Assembly (NCBI GenBank): GCA_050250895.1
Contig: JBFWNU010000002.1
Coordinates: 64,001 to 128,000 of the forward strand
Length of the DNA stretch: 64,000 nt
Source of the DNA: Vulcanimicrobiota bacterium
GTDB taxonomy: Bacteria; Vulcanimicrobiota; Xenobia; Xenobiales; JADMJV01
Reading direction: 5' to 3'
Shown here: piece after piece, positions 38,156-47,403 of the stretch
Layout: each line of letters opens with the position of its first letter
How positions within the stretch are numbered: position 1 is the first letter of the stretch
Translations under genes and position numbers: made by a program
The notes under the pieces: generated by a model
The model's database searches: none
What the model was told of the DNA's origin: nothing
The model's input: the letters and a program-made list of their open reading frames with translations, nothing else

Positions 38156-38886
38156 GCCAACTCGACATCATCATCCCGGTCTACAACGAGGGCGAGAACA
38201 TCATTCCCACCCTCACCTCGCTACGTGAGCACGTCAAGACACCCTGTCGCGTGCTCATCTGCTACGACTTTCCCGAGGATACCACCCTCACCGCCATCGA
38301 GGGTTTCGAGGGGCTGGCCCTGGTGCCCGTGCTCAACCGTGGTCGGGGCGCTCACGCAGCGGTGCTTTCTGGCTTTGCCGAGTCGAGCGCCCCGGCGGTC
38401 ATCGTCATCCCGGCCGACGACGATTTCAACGCTCCCATCCTCGACCGCATGGTCGAGCTTTGCCGGGATGGGTGCGATCTGGTGACTGCTAATCGCTTTC
38501 TGCCCGGGGGCTGCATGCAGGGTTGTCCGTGGCTCAAGGCCACCCTGGTGCGCACCGCCGCCTTCTTGCTCTACTATCTGGCCCGACTGCCCAGCAGCGA
38601 TCCCACCAGCGGCTTTCGGCTGTTCTCGCGCCGGGTGCTCGACACCATCGTGATCGAGTCGGACGTTGGCTTCACCTATAGTCTCGAACTTTTGGTCAAG
38701 GTCCATCGTCTGGGTTGGCGCATCGGCGAGGTGCCCGCCCTGTGGTACGAGCGCCAACACGGACAAAGCCGCTTCCGCGTGCTCAAGTGGCTACCGGCCT
38801 ATCTGCGCTGGTTCTTTTACGCCTTCGCCACCACCTATCTACGCCCCGGGCCCGAAAGCGTGCCTCGCCAGGGGGGACACCGATGA
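38152..38886 (+). CDS. GT2 glycosyltransferase (polyprenol-phosphate glycosyltransferase-like)
   Basis: IIIPVYNEGENI, ADD, DPTSGFRLF, ERQHGQS. Confidence 0.9.
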   Translation: MSQLDIIIPVYNEGENIIPTLTSLREHVKTPCRVLICYDFPEDTTLTAIEGFEGLALVPVLNRGRGAHAAVLSGFAESSAPAVIVIPADDDFNAPILDRMVELCRDGCDLVTANRFLPGGCMQGCPWLKATLVRTAAFLLYYLARLPSSDPTSGFRLFSRRVLDTIVIESDVGFTYSLELLVKVHRLGWRIGEVPALWYERQHGQSRFRVLKWLPAYLRWFFYAFATTYLRPGPESVPRQGGHR

Positions 38887-39401
38887 GCCTGATTCTTCGC
38901 TATCTCTACTCCATCCTCAAAGCCCTGTGCAGCTCGACTCTGCAGCCCCTCGACCAGGGGGTCATCCAGCTACGGGTCTGGCCCTTTGATCTCGATCCCA
39001 ACCTCCACCTCAATAACGGCCGGTTTCTGTCCCTGATGGATCTCGGCCGCATGGACCTGGTGGTCCGCTGCGGCCTGGGCAAGCAGTTGTGGAAGCACGG
39101 CTGGCGCCCGCTGGTGGGCTCGGCCGTGATCCGTTACAAAGGTTCGCTCGAGCCCTTCCAGACCTTTGAACTCAAAAGCCGCATCGTGGGCTGGGACGAC
39201 AAGTGGTTCTTCATCGAGCAGCGCTTCGTTCGCCAGGGCCGTACGGTGGCCGTGGGTGCCATCAAAGGTCTCTTCCGCGGTCGCAACGGCAATGTGCCCA
39301 GCGCCGAAGTGCTAGCCGCCACCGGGGTCGAGGCAGCCTCGCCCGAGCTTCCTCGGTGGCTTGCGACCTGGCATCAGGCCGACGGCCAACTCGAGCTGTA
39401 A
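38883..39401 (+). CDS. hotdog-fold thioesterase
   Basis: RVWPFDLDPNLHLNNGRF...DLGR...GWDDKW. Confidence 0.88.
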   Translation: MSLILRYLYSILKALCSSTLQPLDQGVIQLRVWPFDLDPNLHLNNGRFLSLMDLGRMDLVVRCGLGKQLWKHGWRPLVGSAVIRYKGSLEPFQTFELKSRIVGWDDKWFFIEQRFVRQGRTVAVGAIKGLFRGRNGNVPSAEVLAATGVEAASPELPRWLATWHQADGQLEL

Positions 39402-39437
39402 GGGAAGCCCGCTCCCGTCGTCGAACGGCGCGCGGCT

Positions 39438-41732
39438 ATGCCGAGAATTCGCCTTTTCTTACTCCTTCTACTAGTGACCACCGCCCTGGCCCAGGCCCAG
39501 CCCGAGGTGGAAAGCCGGGTCGAAGCTTTGCTGAGCAAGATGACCACCGAAGAGAAGCTGGGCCAGCTTCAGATGTTCGGCGGAGTCGGCGAGGGCGATT
39601 TGCCCCCCGAACACATCGAGCTACTCAAGCAAGGCCGTCTGGGCACCACCCTCAACATCCGGGGGGCGGCCCGGGTCAACCGGTTGCAGAGGATCGCGGT
39701 CGAAGAGACGCGCCTCGGCATTCCGCTCATCTTCGCCTTCGACGTGATTCACGGCTATCGCACCGTCTTTCCCATTCCGCTGGGCGAAGCGGCCAGCTTT
39801 GACCCCGAGGCGGCTCGTTTGTCGGCCGAAATCGCCGCCCGCGAAGCCACCGCCGATGGCCTCAAATGGACCTTCGCACCCATGGTCGACATCGCCCGCG
39901 ATGCCCGCTGGGGTCGGATCTCTGAAGGAGCGGGCGAGGACCCCTACCTCGGTCGGGCCCTGGCCGCCGCCCGGGTGCGCGGCTTTCAGGGCGACGACTA
40001 CAGCCAGCCCGACCGGGTGGTGGCCTGTGCCAAGCACTGGGTGGCCTATGGGGCGGCCGAAGCCGGCCGTGACTACAACACCACCGACGTCAGCGAGCGG
40101 GTGCTGCGCCAGGTCTACTTCCCGCCCTTCAAAGCGGCCGTCGAGGCCGGGGTGGGCACCTTCATGAGCGCTTTCAACGATCTCAACGGCACGCCCACCT
40201 CGGGCAACCACTGGACTCTGACCGAGGTGCTGCGCGACGAGTGGGGCTTTGACGGGGTGGTGGTCAGCGATTATGAGTCGGTCAAGGAGATGCTCAACCA
40301 TCGCAATGTCGACGGCGAGGCCGAAGCGGCCCGGGTGGGCTTGAGCGCCGGAGTCGACATCGAGATGGTCAGCAGCCTCTACAACCAGCATCTGCCCGCC
40401 CTGCTGGCCGACGGACGGCTGCCCATGGACGTGCTCGATGAGGCCGTGCGTCGCATCTTGCGCCTCAAAGTGAGGCTCGGGCTGTTCGAGAATCCTTACT
40501 GTCAAGAAGGGCTGGTGGATAGCATCTTGCTGGCTCCCGCCCACCGGGCCGCCGCCCGCAGAGTGGCCGCCAGTTCGCTGGTCTTGCTCAAGAACGACAA
40601 TCACACCCTGCCGCTGGCCCCGGTCAAGACCCTGGCCGTAATCGGTCCGCTGGCCGACGACCCCTCGGCCATCCTGGGCTCGTGGGGCGGCGACGGTCAC
40701 CCCACCGATTCGGTCACCATCCTCGAGGGTCTCAAAGCCGCTGTAGGACCCAGCACGCGGGTGCTCCACGCCAAAGGTGTGGCCATCGACACGGTCGGCG
40801 CGCGCGGTAACTTTCACGACGCACCGATCATGGCCAGCGCAGGCGGCAGCAACGTGGGCACCGTGGGCGGCATCGCCGTCGAGCGGCTGGCCACCACGCC
40901 CACCGCCGCCGGCGACTTCGAGCAGGCCGTGGCTACGGCCCGCCAGGCCGACTTCGTGGTGCTGGTCGTGGGCGAGACGGCGGTCCAGAGTGGTGAGGCC
41001 GCCTCGCGCACCGAACTGGGCTTGCCCGGTCGCCAACTCGAACTGGTGCAGGCCGTGGCCGCCACCGGCAAGCCCTATGCGGTGGTGCTGATGAATGGCC
41101 GGCCTCTGGCGGTGCCGTGGCTGGCCGAGCACAGTCCGGCCATTCTCGAAGCCTGGTTCCCTGGCACCGAGGGCGGCCACGCCGTGGCCGACGCCCTGGT
41201 CGGCAAAGTCAATCCCGGCGGCAAACTGCCCGTGACCTTTCCGCGGGCAGTGGGTCAGGTGCCCATCTACTACAACCACAAGAGCACCGGCCGGCCGCCC
41301 AGCCGCGAAAAGTATACCTCGAAGTATCTCGACCTGCCGGTCACCCCGCTCTATCCCTTCGGTCACGGCTTGAGCTACACCACCTTCGCGCTTTCCAACC
41401 TCAAGCTCGACCAGACCAGTCTGCCCGCTAACGGCCGGCTGGCCGTCAGTGTCGAGGTGACCAACACCGGCCAGCGAGCCGGTGATGAAGTGGTCCAGCT
41501 CTATCTGCAGGATGTGGCCTCCACCGTCACCCGGCCGGTCAAGGAGCTATGCGGCTTTCGACGCGTCAGCCTCGAGCCGGGCCAGAAACAGACGGTGCAG
41601 TTTAACCTGGGTTCGGCCGAGCTGGGCTTCTATGACCAGAAGATGAATTGGGTGGTCGAGCCGGGTCGCTTCAAGCTGTGGGCAGCTACCAGCTCGGAGG
41701 GCGGCCTCGAGACCACCTTCGAGGTGCGCTAG
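39438..41732 (+). CDS. bglX: periplasmic GH3 beta-glucosidase
   Basis: Signal peptide; DVIHGY, RDARWGR, CAKHW, VVSDY; C-terminal Fn3-like domain. Confidence 0.93.
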   Translation: MPRIRLFLLLLLVTTALAQAQPEVESRVEALLSKMTTEEKLGQLQMFGGVGEGDLPPEHIELLKQGRLGTTLNIRGAARVNRLQRIAVEETRLGIPLIFAFDVIHGYRTVFPIPLGEAASFDPEAARLSAEIAAREATADGLKWTFAPMVDIARDARWGRISEGAGEDPYLGRALAAARVRGFQGDDYSQPDRVVACAKHWVAYGAAEAGRDYNTTDVSERVLRQVYFPPFKAAVEAGVGTFMSAFNDLNGTPTSGNHWTLTEVLRDEWGFDGVVVSDYESVKEMLNHRNVDGEAEAARVGLSAGVDIEMVSSLYNQHLPALLADGRLPMDVLDEAVRRILRLKVRLGLFENPYCQEGLVDSILLAPAHRAAARRVAASSLVLLKNDNHTLPLAPVKTLAVIGPLADDPSAILGSWGGDGHPTDSVTILEGLKAAVGPSTRVLHAKGVAIDTVGARGNFHDAPIMASAGGSNVGTVGGIAVERLATTPTAAGDFEQAVATARQADFVVLVVGETAVQSGEAASRTELGLPGRQLELVQAVAATGKPYAVVLMNGRPLAVPWLAEHSPAILEAWFPGTEGGHAVADALVGKVNPGGKLPVTFPRAVGQVPIYYNHKSTGRPPSREKYTSKYLDLPVTPLYPFGHGLSYTTFALSNLKLDQTSLPANGRLAVSVEVTNTGQRAGDEVVQLYLQDVASTVTRPVKELCGFRRVSLEPGQKQTVQFNLGSAELGFYDQKMNWVVEPGRFKLWAATSSEGGLETTFEVR

Positions 41733-42014
41733 CGCCGCGCCGCAGGGGTGACTTCAATGAGCGTCACCCCGGACGCGGCTTGACGGGAACGACGAGAACG
41801 CAAGTCCAGGACGTTAGACTGTTGGGGTAGCGACGTTCTCGTCATTCCCTATCGGCGCTACGCGCCGCGCCGCTGGGGTGACTTCAATGAGCGTCACCCC
41901 GGACGCGGCTTGACGGGAACGACGAGAACGCAAGTCCAGGACGTTAGACTGTTGGGGTAGCGACGTTCTCGTCATTCCCTATCGGCGCTACGCGCCGCGC
42001 CGCTGGGGTGACTA
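41726..42014. mobile_element. head-to-tail array (2 full + 1 partial) of a 130-bp structured element
   Basis: 41755-41884 is repeated at 41885-42014; sub-terminal IR GTCACCCC/GGGGTGAC; homolog at 53108-53244. Confidence 0.8.
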
Positions 42015-43022
42015 GCCAAAGATGATGCGCCATAGCCAGGGCAAGAGATCCTTGAGTGGATAGAGCAGCCACATCGTCAACAGGGGAGCCAGCCACAGGT
42101 TGTGGTTGTCGAGCTGGCGCCCCAGGCGGTGGAGCATTTTCTTGATGGTGGTATGGGGGCAGACGGGACGAATGTCGCCACTGAGCACGATCTCTAGCTC
42201 TTTACGCAGCTCGGCGATGTTGGCAAAACGCTGCGCGGGGTCGCGCTTGAGCGCTCGCGAGATGATGCGGCTGGTTTCGCGTGGCACCCGGCCCTGAACC
42301 GGGTGCACGTGCGACTCGGCCGCGGGTGGGTCGTGGTAGAGGATCGAAGTCAAGAGCTGGCTGCGATTGTCGCTGGGGTGCGGCTTCTCCAGCGCGAACA
42401 GCTGATAGAGCAGCACGCCCAGCCCGTATTGGTCGGTGGCTTCGCTGGTCACCCCCTCGAGTTGCTCGGGGGCGGCGCATTCCATGGTGCCATAAAACTC
42501 GCCCGAAGAGTCCTCGTCCGAACTCTCTTTGACCAACCCCCAGTCCATCAGCCAGACCTCGCCGTGGCCGCCCAGCATGACGTTGTCGGGCTTGATATCG
42601 CGGTGGAGAAAGCCGCGTTCGTGGGCAAAGATCAGGGCGTCACACAGGGCCATGGCGATCTGCAGGCGGCGGCTGAAGGTCATCTCTTCGTGGGTGGCTC
42701 GGTCACCCGCTCTCAGACGGTCGATCACCGCCCCCAGAGTCTCGCCTTCCACCAGCTTGAGCACGAAAAACGGGCTGCCGTCCTCACCCTGGCCAAACTC
42801 GTAGACGGGCGGGATGCTAGGGTGCTCGAGGCGCCCGGTGACCCGGGCTTCGAGCACGAAGCGCTGCTGGGCCTCGTCGCTCTGGCTCAATTCGCCCCGC
42901 AGCGACTTGACCGCCACCTCGCGATCCAGGCGAGGGTCGTGGGCTCGATAGACCACTCCCATCCCGCCACGGCCAAGCTCATGAACCTCGTCAAACCGGT
43001 TGAAAAGAACGCCTTCCTGCAT
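42012..43022 (-). CDS. Hanks-type Ser/Thr protein kinase
   Basis: LGRGGMGVVY, VAVK, HRDIKPDN, DWG, APEQ; start placed at MQEGV. Confidence 0.92.
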   Translation of the reverse strand: MQEGVLFNRFDEVHELGRGGMGVVYRAHDPRLDREVAVKSLRGELSQSDEAQQRFVLEARVTGRLEHPSIPPVYEFGQGEDGSPFFVLKLVEGETLGAVIDRLRAGDRATHEEMTFSRRLQIAMALCDALIFAHERGFLHRDIKPDNVMLGGHGEVWLMDWGLVKESSDEDSSGEFYGTMECAAPEQLEGVTSEATDQYGLGVLLYQLFALEKPHPSDNRSQLLTSILYHDPPAAESHVHPVQGRVPRETSRIISRALKRDPAQRFANIAELRKELEIVLSGDIRPVCPHTTIKKMLHRLGRQLDNHNLWLAPLLTMWLLYPLKDLLPWLWRIIFG

Positions 43023-43211
43023 CCGCCATCCATTCCAGGCCCGGCGCGGAGCGCCTGCCGGCAGGCCGATGTAACGTCCCCCGGCCAGAGCGAAGACTGG
43101 CCGGGTAAACTCCGCCAGGCCGGGGTCACGAGTAATGAGCGAAGTGGAAACACAATCTTCAAGATCTCGCAGCCCCCGAGCCGATAGGCTGGCCCCGGAG
43201 GATAGACATAA

Positions 43212-43799
43212 GTGATTCAACCCTGTACTCTCACAACCCCCACCCCCACCCCCCGGCGCGCCTCGGCGCCGCCGCCCACATCCGAGGGGCTGGGTGACTG
43301 CTTTGAAAAGGCGGCCCGCTGGGTGGCCGGCAAAGTGGTCGGAGTGGTCTTCGGCACCAGCGGTCTGGTGGCCAACGCCGCCGCTGGCGGTGCCCGCGGC
43401 ACCCTGCACGCGGCCCGGGTCGAAAGTAACCACCAGGAACTTCTATTTCAGGCCGGCATGACGGCCAACATGGCCGCCCTGGGCGCCCTCGGCGGCGGTC
43501 CCGCCGGAGCTGTCCTGGGCGTGGCCGGTGGCCACCTGCTGTGGCGAATTCAGGGCGAGAAAGTGCGCGAGCGCGTGCTCACCAAGTCGGACCAGTGGGT
43601 CGACAAGGTGCTCGAGAAACTGCCCGGCGACCCCGACCAGGCCGGCCGCCTCAGAAGAGTGGCTAACGGCGTGGTGGGTGAGGTGGTCGGCACGGCCGCC
43701 GGAGCCGTCGGCGGCACCTTCGCCATGTTCGAGCAAGGCGAGCAATACGGCCAGTCGCTGTTTGACGAAATGACCGGCAAAGAGCCTCCCCAGGGCTAA
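43212..43799 (+). CDS. glycine-zipper hydrophobic-helix protein
   Basis: GGAGG RBS; GxxxG-rich helices; resembles each half of 10749..11846. Confidence 0.75.
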   Translation: MIQPCTLTTPTPTPRRASAPPPTSEGLGDCFEKAARWVAGKVVGVVFGTSGLVANAAAGGARGTLHAARVESNHQELLFQAGMTANMAALGALGGGPAGAVLGVAGGHLLWRIQGEKVRERVLTKSDQWVDKVLEKLPGDPDQAGRLRRVANGVVGEVVGTAAGAVGGTFAMFEQGEQYGQSLFDEMTGKEPPQG

Positions 43800-44215
43800 G
43801 CGTTCAACATCGCGCGGAGCTGCGACGGGGTGTAGACCGGCAGCGGCGAACCCACGAAGCCGCTCAGGTCGCGAGTTACGATAGCCTCGACCCTGACCGC
43901 CTGGCCGCAGGCAATCTGCACATCGTCTTCATAATCGGCACCCTCAAGGGCCTGGGCCGCTGCGAGCACGAGCCGGTCGACCGGGGCGATCTCGAAAGTC
44001 TCGAGGCAAACAACCACCGCCTTCCGGGCCCGCTCGCGGTCAGTCAACTTGCGGGCAACATAGTAGATGTCGGTGAGGGTCGAGGCCGGTAGGCAGGCCA
44101 CCAGTCGCGATTCGTCGATCGCTCGCCAGAGAGCCGCGGCGTCTTCAAGCCAGGGGGAGCGGGCTAGCAAGACATCGAGTACGACGTTGGTGTCGAACAG
44201 AACGCGAAGCGTCAC
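43796..44215 (-). CDS. PIN-domain toxin
   Basis: VLFDTNVVLD, DYEDDVQ, IVTRD. Confidence 0.92.
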   Translation of the reverse strand: MTLRVLFDTNVVLDVLLARSPWLEDAAALWRAIDESRLVACLPASTLTDIYYVARKLTDRERARKAVVVCLETFEIAPVDRLVLAAAQALEGADYEDDVQIACGQAVRVEAIVTRDLSGFVGSPLPVYTPSQLRAMLNA

Positions 44216-44457
44216 TTCTCGAGGCGGCGCTGGGCCAAAAGGCGCTCGATCGCCTCGTCGTCGGGCGGTGCCTGGGGTCCAGCCAGCAAACCGAGGGCCC
44301 TTTCGAAGGTGGGGCTGCGTTGTTCGTCCTGTTCGACCAGGTAGGCGATGTAGTCCACCAGTTGGGACTGGCGACCCCGCTCGACCACATAGCCTCGCTT
44401 GCGTGCAGCTTCGACGAGACGCCGTTTTAGCTCAGCGGGAAGGTAAATGGAACTCAT
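44212..44457 (-). CDS. putative antitoxin
   Basis: 81 aa with RHH-like N-terminus (SIYLPAELKRRL); overlaps the PIN gene start. Confidence 0.75.
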   Translation of the reverse strand: MSSIYLPAELKRRLVEAARKRGYVVERGRQSQLVDYIAYLVEQDEQRSPTFERALGLLAGPQAPPDDEAIERLLAQRRLEK

Positions 44458-44467
44458 TGTCGAGATT

Positions 44468-44497
44468 ATTCTATAGTTTGATTGGCGGGGGAGTCAA
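44468..44497 (-). promoter_or_regulatory. sigma-70 promoter of the TA operon
   Basis: TTGACT-N18-TAGAAT. Confidence 0.65.
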
Positions 44498-44818
44498 GGC
44501 GGCAGCCGGCCGACCCGGCCGAGCAGTCGGTCGGCTCTCTGCTTGAGGAATGGCGGCAGCGCGCTGGACCCAAGAATTTCTAGAAATTTCTCGGCAGCCG
44601 CGGTTTTCCCCCGAATCCACCTCCACGATCAACCATAGCCGTGAGAGCGCCACAGCTTCGCTCTGAGCCATCTCTGCGTAAAATTTGGTTTCGACCTCAT
44701 CACGAGGCCGCCGAGGCCCGGACATCATCTCTCGTGGCGCCATTGGATCCCATAACCAAGCCGTTTTTGGCTGTTCGCTTTTTTGCTCGAACGGACCCCA
44801 AGCAGCTAAAATCAGAGG

Positions 44819-45952
44819 ATGAACCCTCTTCAATTCACCCGTCAAAACCTCGTCGAACTCGAAGCCCTGGATCTCCATCAACTCGTTCAACAAGCAGCCG
44901 TCAACCTGGTCCGGCATCGTCTGCTCCTTGGACGCTGTCTGCTAGCTTTGCAGCTCACCGGTCATTACCGCGACTACGGATGCAGCAGCCCCATCCACTA
45001 CGCCATTCGTGTGCTGGGCCTGAACAAGAAAGAAGCCACTACCTGTCGCCGAGTGGCCTTCCGCCTTGAAGACCTGCCGCTGCTCACTGCCGCCGCCGAG
45101 TCGGGCCACCTCGGCTGGGCCAAGTTGCGTGAAATCGTCAGCAAGGCCAGCCCCGAAACCGAAGCCCTGTGGCTGGAGCTAGCCGCCCGTTACAACGCCA
45201 CCACCATCGCTCGACTGGCCGCAATCACTCCCGACGGTGGCCTTCCGGGCCAGGCCAAGCCCACCGAAGCCGAATGCGAAGAACTCACCCTGCGTCTGAC
45301 CCCAGAGAATCGCGAACTGGTTCGCCTCGGCTTGCAATCGCTCTCTCTCGAACTGGGTCGCAAAGTCGAGTTCAGCGAGGCCATCGGCTTGCTCTTCGCC
45401 GAACGCCTGCAGGCTCGTCCGGTCACCGAGAGAGATGTCGAGAAGATGCGGGCTCGGGCCACCGCCGTCGTCGAATCGCACGAGCGCCGCCTGGCCGAAC
45501 CGCTGGCCCAGGCCCACAAGGTGGCTGTCGAGTTGGGCCTGGCTCATGGTCCCATGCGGGACGAGGAACTCTTCGAGGCCACCACCGCGATGACCACTGA
45601 GGATTGCCCCGAGGCTGATGCCCAGCTCGTCTGTCGAGCCAAGCCTCACTGGCAGCCTTCCAACCAGCTCGCCTTCAACCCCGAGGCCCGCGGCCTCACC
45701 CCCGCCCAGACCGAGTGCCTCAAGATTCGCGACTGTTACTGCTGCCAAACCCCCGACTGTCCCAACCATCTCTGGCTTCAAGCTCACCACATCCGCTACT
45801 ACTCCGCCGACGGCCCGACCGTGCCAAAGAATCTGGTCTTTCTCTGCTCTGCCTGTCACCGCAACGTCCACGAGGGATACCTGCGCATCGAAGGCGAGGC
45901 TCCTGATGATTTGACCTTTGAGGATGGGGAAGGCAGGAAGTTCGAGGATTGA
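44819..45952 (+). CDS. HNH endonuclease with DUF222-like N-terminal region
   Basis: GHLGWAKLREI; RDCYCCQTPDC...AHHI...GPT...NLVFLCSACHRNVH. Confidence 0.88.
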   Translation: MNPLQFTRQNLVELEALDLHQLVQQAAVNLVRHRLLLGRCLLALQLTGHYRDYGCSSPIHYAIRVLGLNKKEATTCRRVAFRLEDLPLLTAAAESGHLGWAKLREIVSKASPETEALWLELAARYNATTIARLAAITPDGGLPGQAKPTEAECEELTLRLTPENRELVRLGLQSLSLELGRKVEFSEAIGLLFAERLQARPVTERDVEKMRARATAVVESHERRLAEPLAQAHKVAVELGLAHGPMRDEELFEATTAMTTEDCPEADAQLVCRAKPHWQPSNQLAFNPEARGLTPAQTECLKIRDCYCCQTPDCPNHLWLQAHHIRYYSADGPTVPKNLVFLCSACHRNVHEGYLRIEGEAPDDLTFEDGEGRKFED

Positions 45953-46122
45953 GACGCTGGGTCCGTGTCCCCGTTGGTCCGCGCGGGTTTTTCTAATCGG
46001 AAGCTCTCTGAGTAGGCGAACGTTACTTTAGGCGACGCTGGGCCAAAAATTGCGGCATGGTCCATCGGGCAACGTGCGACTCCCGTGGCACAGGGGCTTG
46101 ACCAGGCTGCTAAGATCCGGTC

Positions 46123-47403
46123 ATGGATCAATTCGAACTCGAACAGGTCCTCAGCCAGGCGCGGGAGCTTCTGCCCGACGCGCAGGCTGCCTATGGCCGT
46201 TTGCGCGGGCTGCTGGATTACCCCGGTCAGCTCGACAGCGCGGCTGCCTTTCGGGCCGCCTTCGACGCCTTCGCCCTGATTTGCGACGCTCGCCCAACGC
46301 CTGATCTCGCCCAACTCGCCCGCGCCGCTGACCCCCAAGACCCCAATAGCCTTTTTGCTTTCGCCCATCGGGCCTACGAGTATGGACTGCACGCGTTCGC
46401 GGCCACCTGTCTGGCCCGAGCCCATCAGCTCGACCCGGGTGGGGATTTCCTGGCCGAGCTAGTAGCCAACCTCGAGGAGCTTCGCCTCAACCGTGAAGCC
46501 GTCCGTTTGCTGCAACAGAGCCCCGTTGACCAGGACCCCTGGCTGGCCTATCTTCTAGGCTTTCACGCTTTGATGAGCGGAGACACCGAGCTGCCTCATC
46601 GCCTGCTACCCCGGCTGCTCGCCCAAAACGACGACAACCTGGCCCTGGCCGTAGTCCAGTTGCAAGCCATGGTCGAGCGCGCCCGCCGGTTGGCTTGTAG
46701 CGAGCTGCGCGGCTGGCATCTCGCTCTCAACGCCAGCCTCCTGTTGTTCGTCAGTCCGGATGGATTCGACCGTGGCATGAATGGTCGTTACGCCTTCGTC
46801 CAGGACTACTACGCCCAATGCCGCCAGGGGCTCGTCTTGCTGGGCGAGGCGCTCGACGCGCTTGGGCTGTCCGTCCCCCGGGTCTTCGCTCTCCAGGACC
46901 GCTCCAGTCAGATCCTGGCCGAGGCGGCGGCCGCCTTTTTCTCGGCGCCGCTGGCTGCCTGGCCGTCGGAGCTGCCCGGCCTGGCGGTAGCCTACGACCT
47001 CGACCGTGTGGACAACCGCGACCTGGAGCCGCTGGCTCACCATCGCCCTGGCCAGCTCCTTTTCGCTCACGCCAGCTGCTGGACCAGCCCCTTCCCGATG
47101 GCACCTGACTTCACCACCTTTCTCTACCAGTACAACTCCGCCCCCTGGGATGAGCGCATGCGGTTTAGCCCGGACGGCGAGAGCGAGATGCAGCCCGCCG
47201 ATCCCTCGCCCGCCGAAGAGTTGGGACGCCGGATCCTCGACAGTCAGGACGAGTGGCCCAGCCACGGCGGAGTCGAGCCTCTGCTCGAGCTGTGCGCCGC
47301 CGCTCGCCGGTTGCCCCAGGAGTGTACCATCGGCTGCTATCGGCAAGATGGGTTACGCACCCGCCAACGCGCCGGCTCGCCGATCTCCAGCAACTCGTTC
47401 TAG
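46123..47403 (+). CDS. TPR-like hypothetical protein
   Basis: Helical repeat N-half; TAAGAT-N6-ATG upstream. Confidence 0.7.
   Translation: MDQFELEQVLSQARELLPDAQAAYGRLRGLLDYPGQLDSAAAFRAAFDAFALICDARPTPDLAQLARAADPQDPNSLFAFAHRAYEYGLHAFAATCLARAHQLDPGGDFLAELVANLEELRLNREAVRLLQQSPVDQDPWLAYLLGFHALMSGDTELPHRLLPRLLAQNDDNLALAVVQLQAMVERARRLACSELRGWHLALNASLLLFVSPDGFDRGMNGRYAFVQDYYAQCRQGLVLLGEALDALGLSVPRVFALQDRSSQILAEAAAAFFSAPLAAWPSELPGLAVAYDLDRVDNRDLEPLAHHRPGQLLFAHASCWTSPFPMAPDFTTFLYQYNSAPWDERMRFSPDGESEMQPADPSPAEELGRRILDSQDEWPSHGGVEPLLELCAAARRLPQECTIGCYRQDGLRTRQRAGSPISSNSF

Noticed and set aside
39621-41366. Long antisense ORFs (also 908..2164, 6747..8246, 12185..13819, 27825..29195)
   Set aside because: They are shadow frames of well-supported genes, as expected at high GC.
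43181-43187. Sigma-28 (FliA) promoters for effector-like genes
   Set aside because: GCCGATAG occurs here but without a properly spaced TAAA, and is not found upstream of the other genes.
43023-43433. N-terminal extension of the Ser/Thr kinase
   Set aside because: It overlaps the divergent gene 43212..43799 and its promoter; the kinase domain starts near 43022.
44471-44917. 148-aa minus-strand ORF
   Set aside because: It overlaps the HNH start and the TA promoter and has no recognisable motif.
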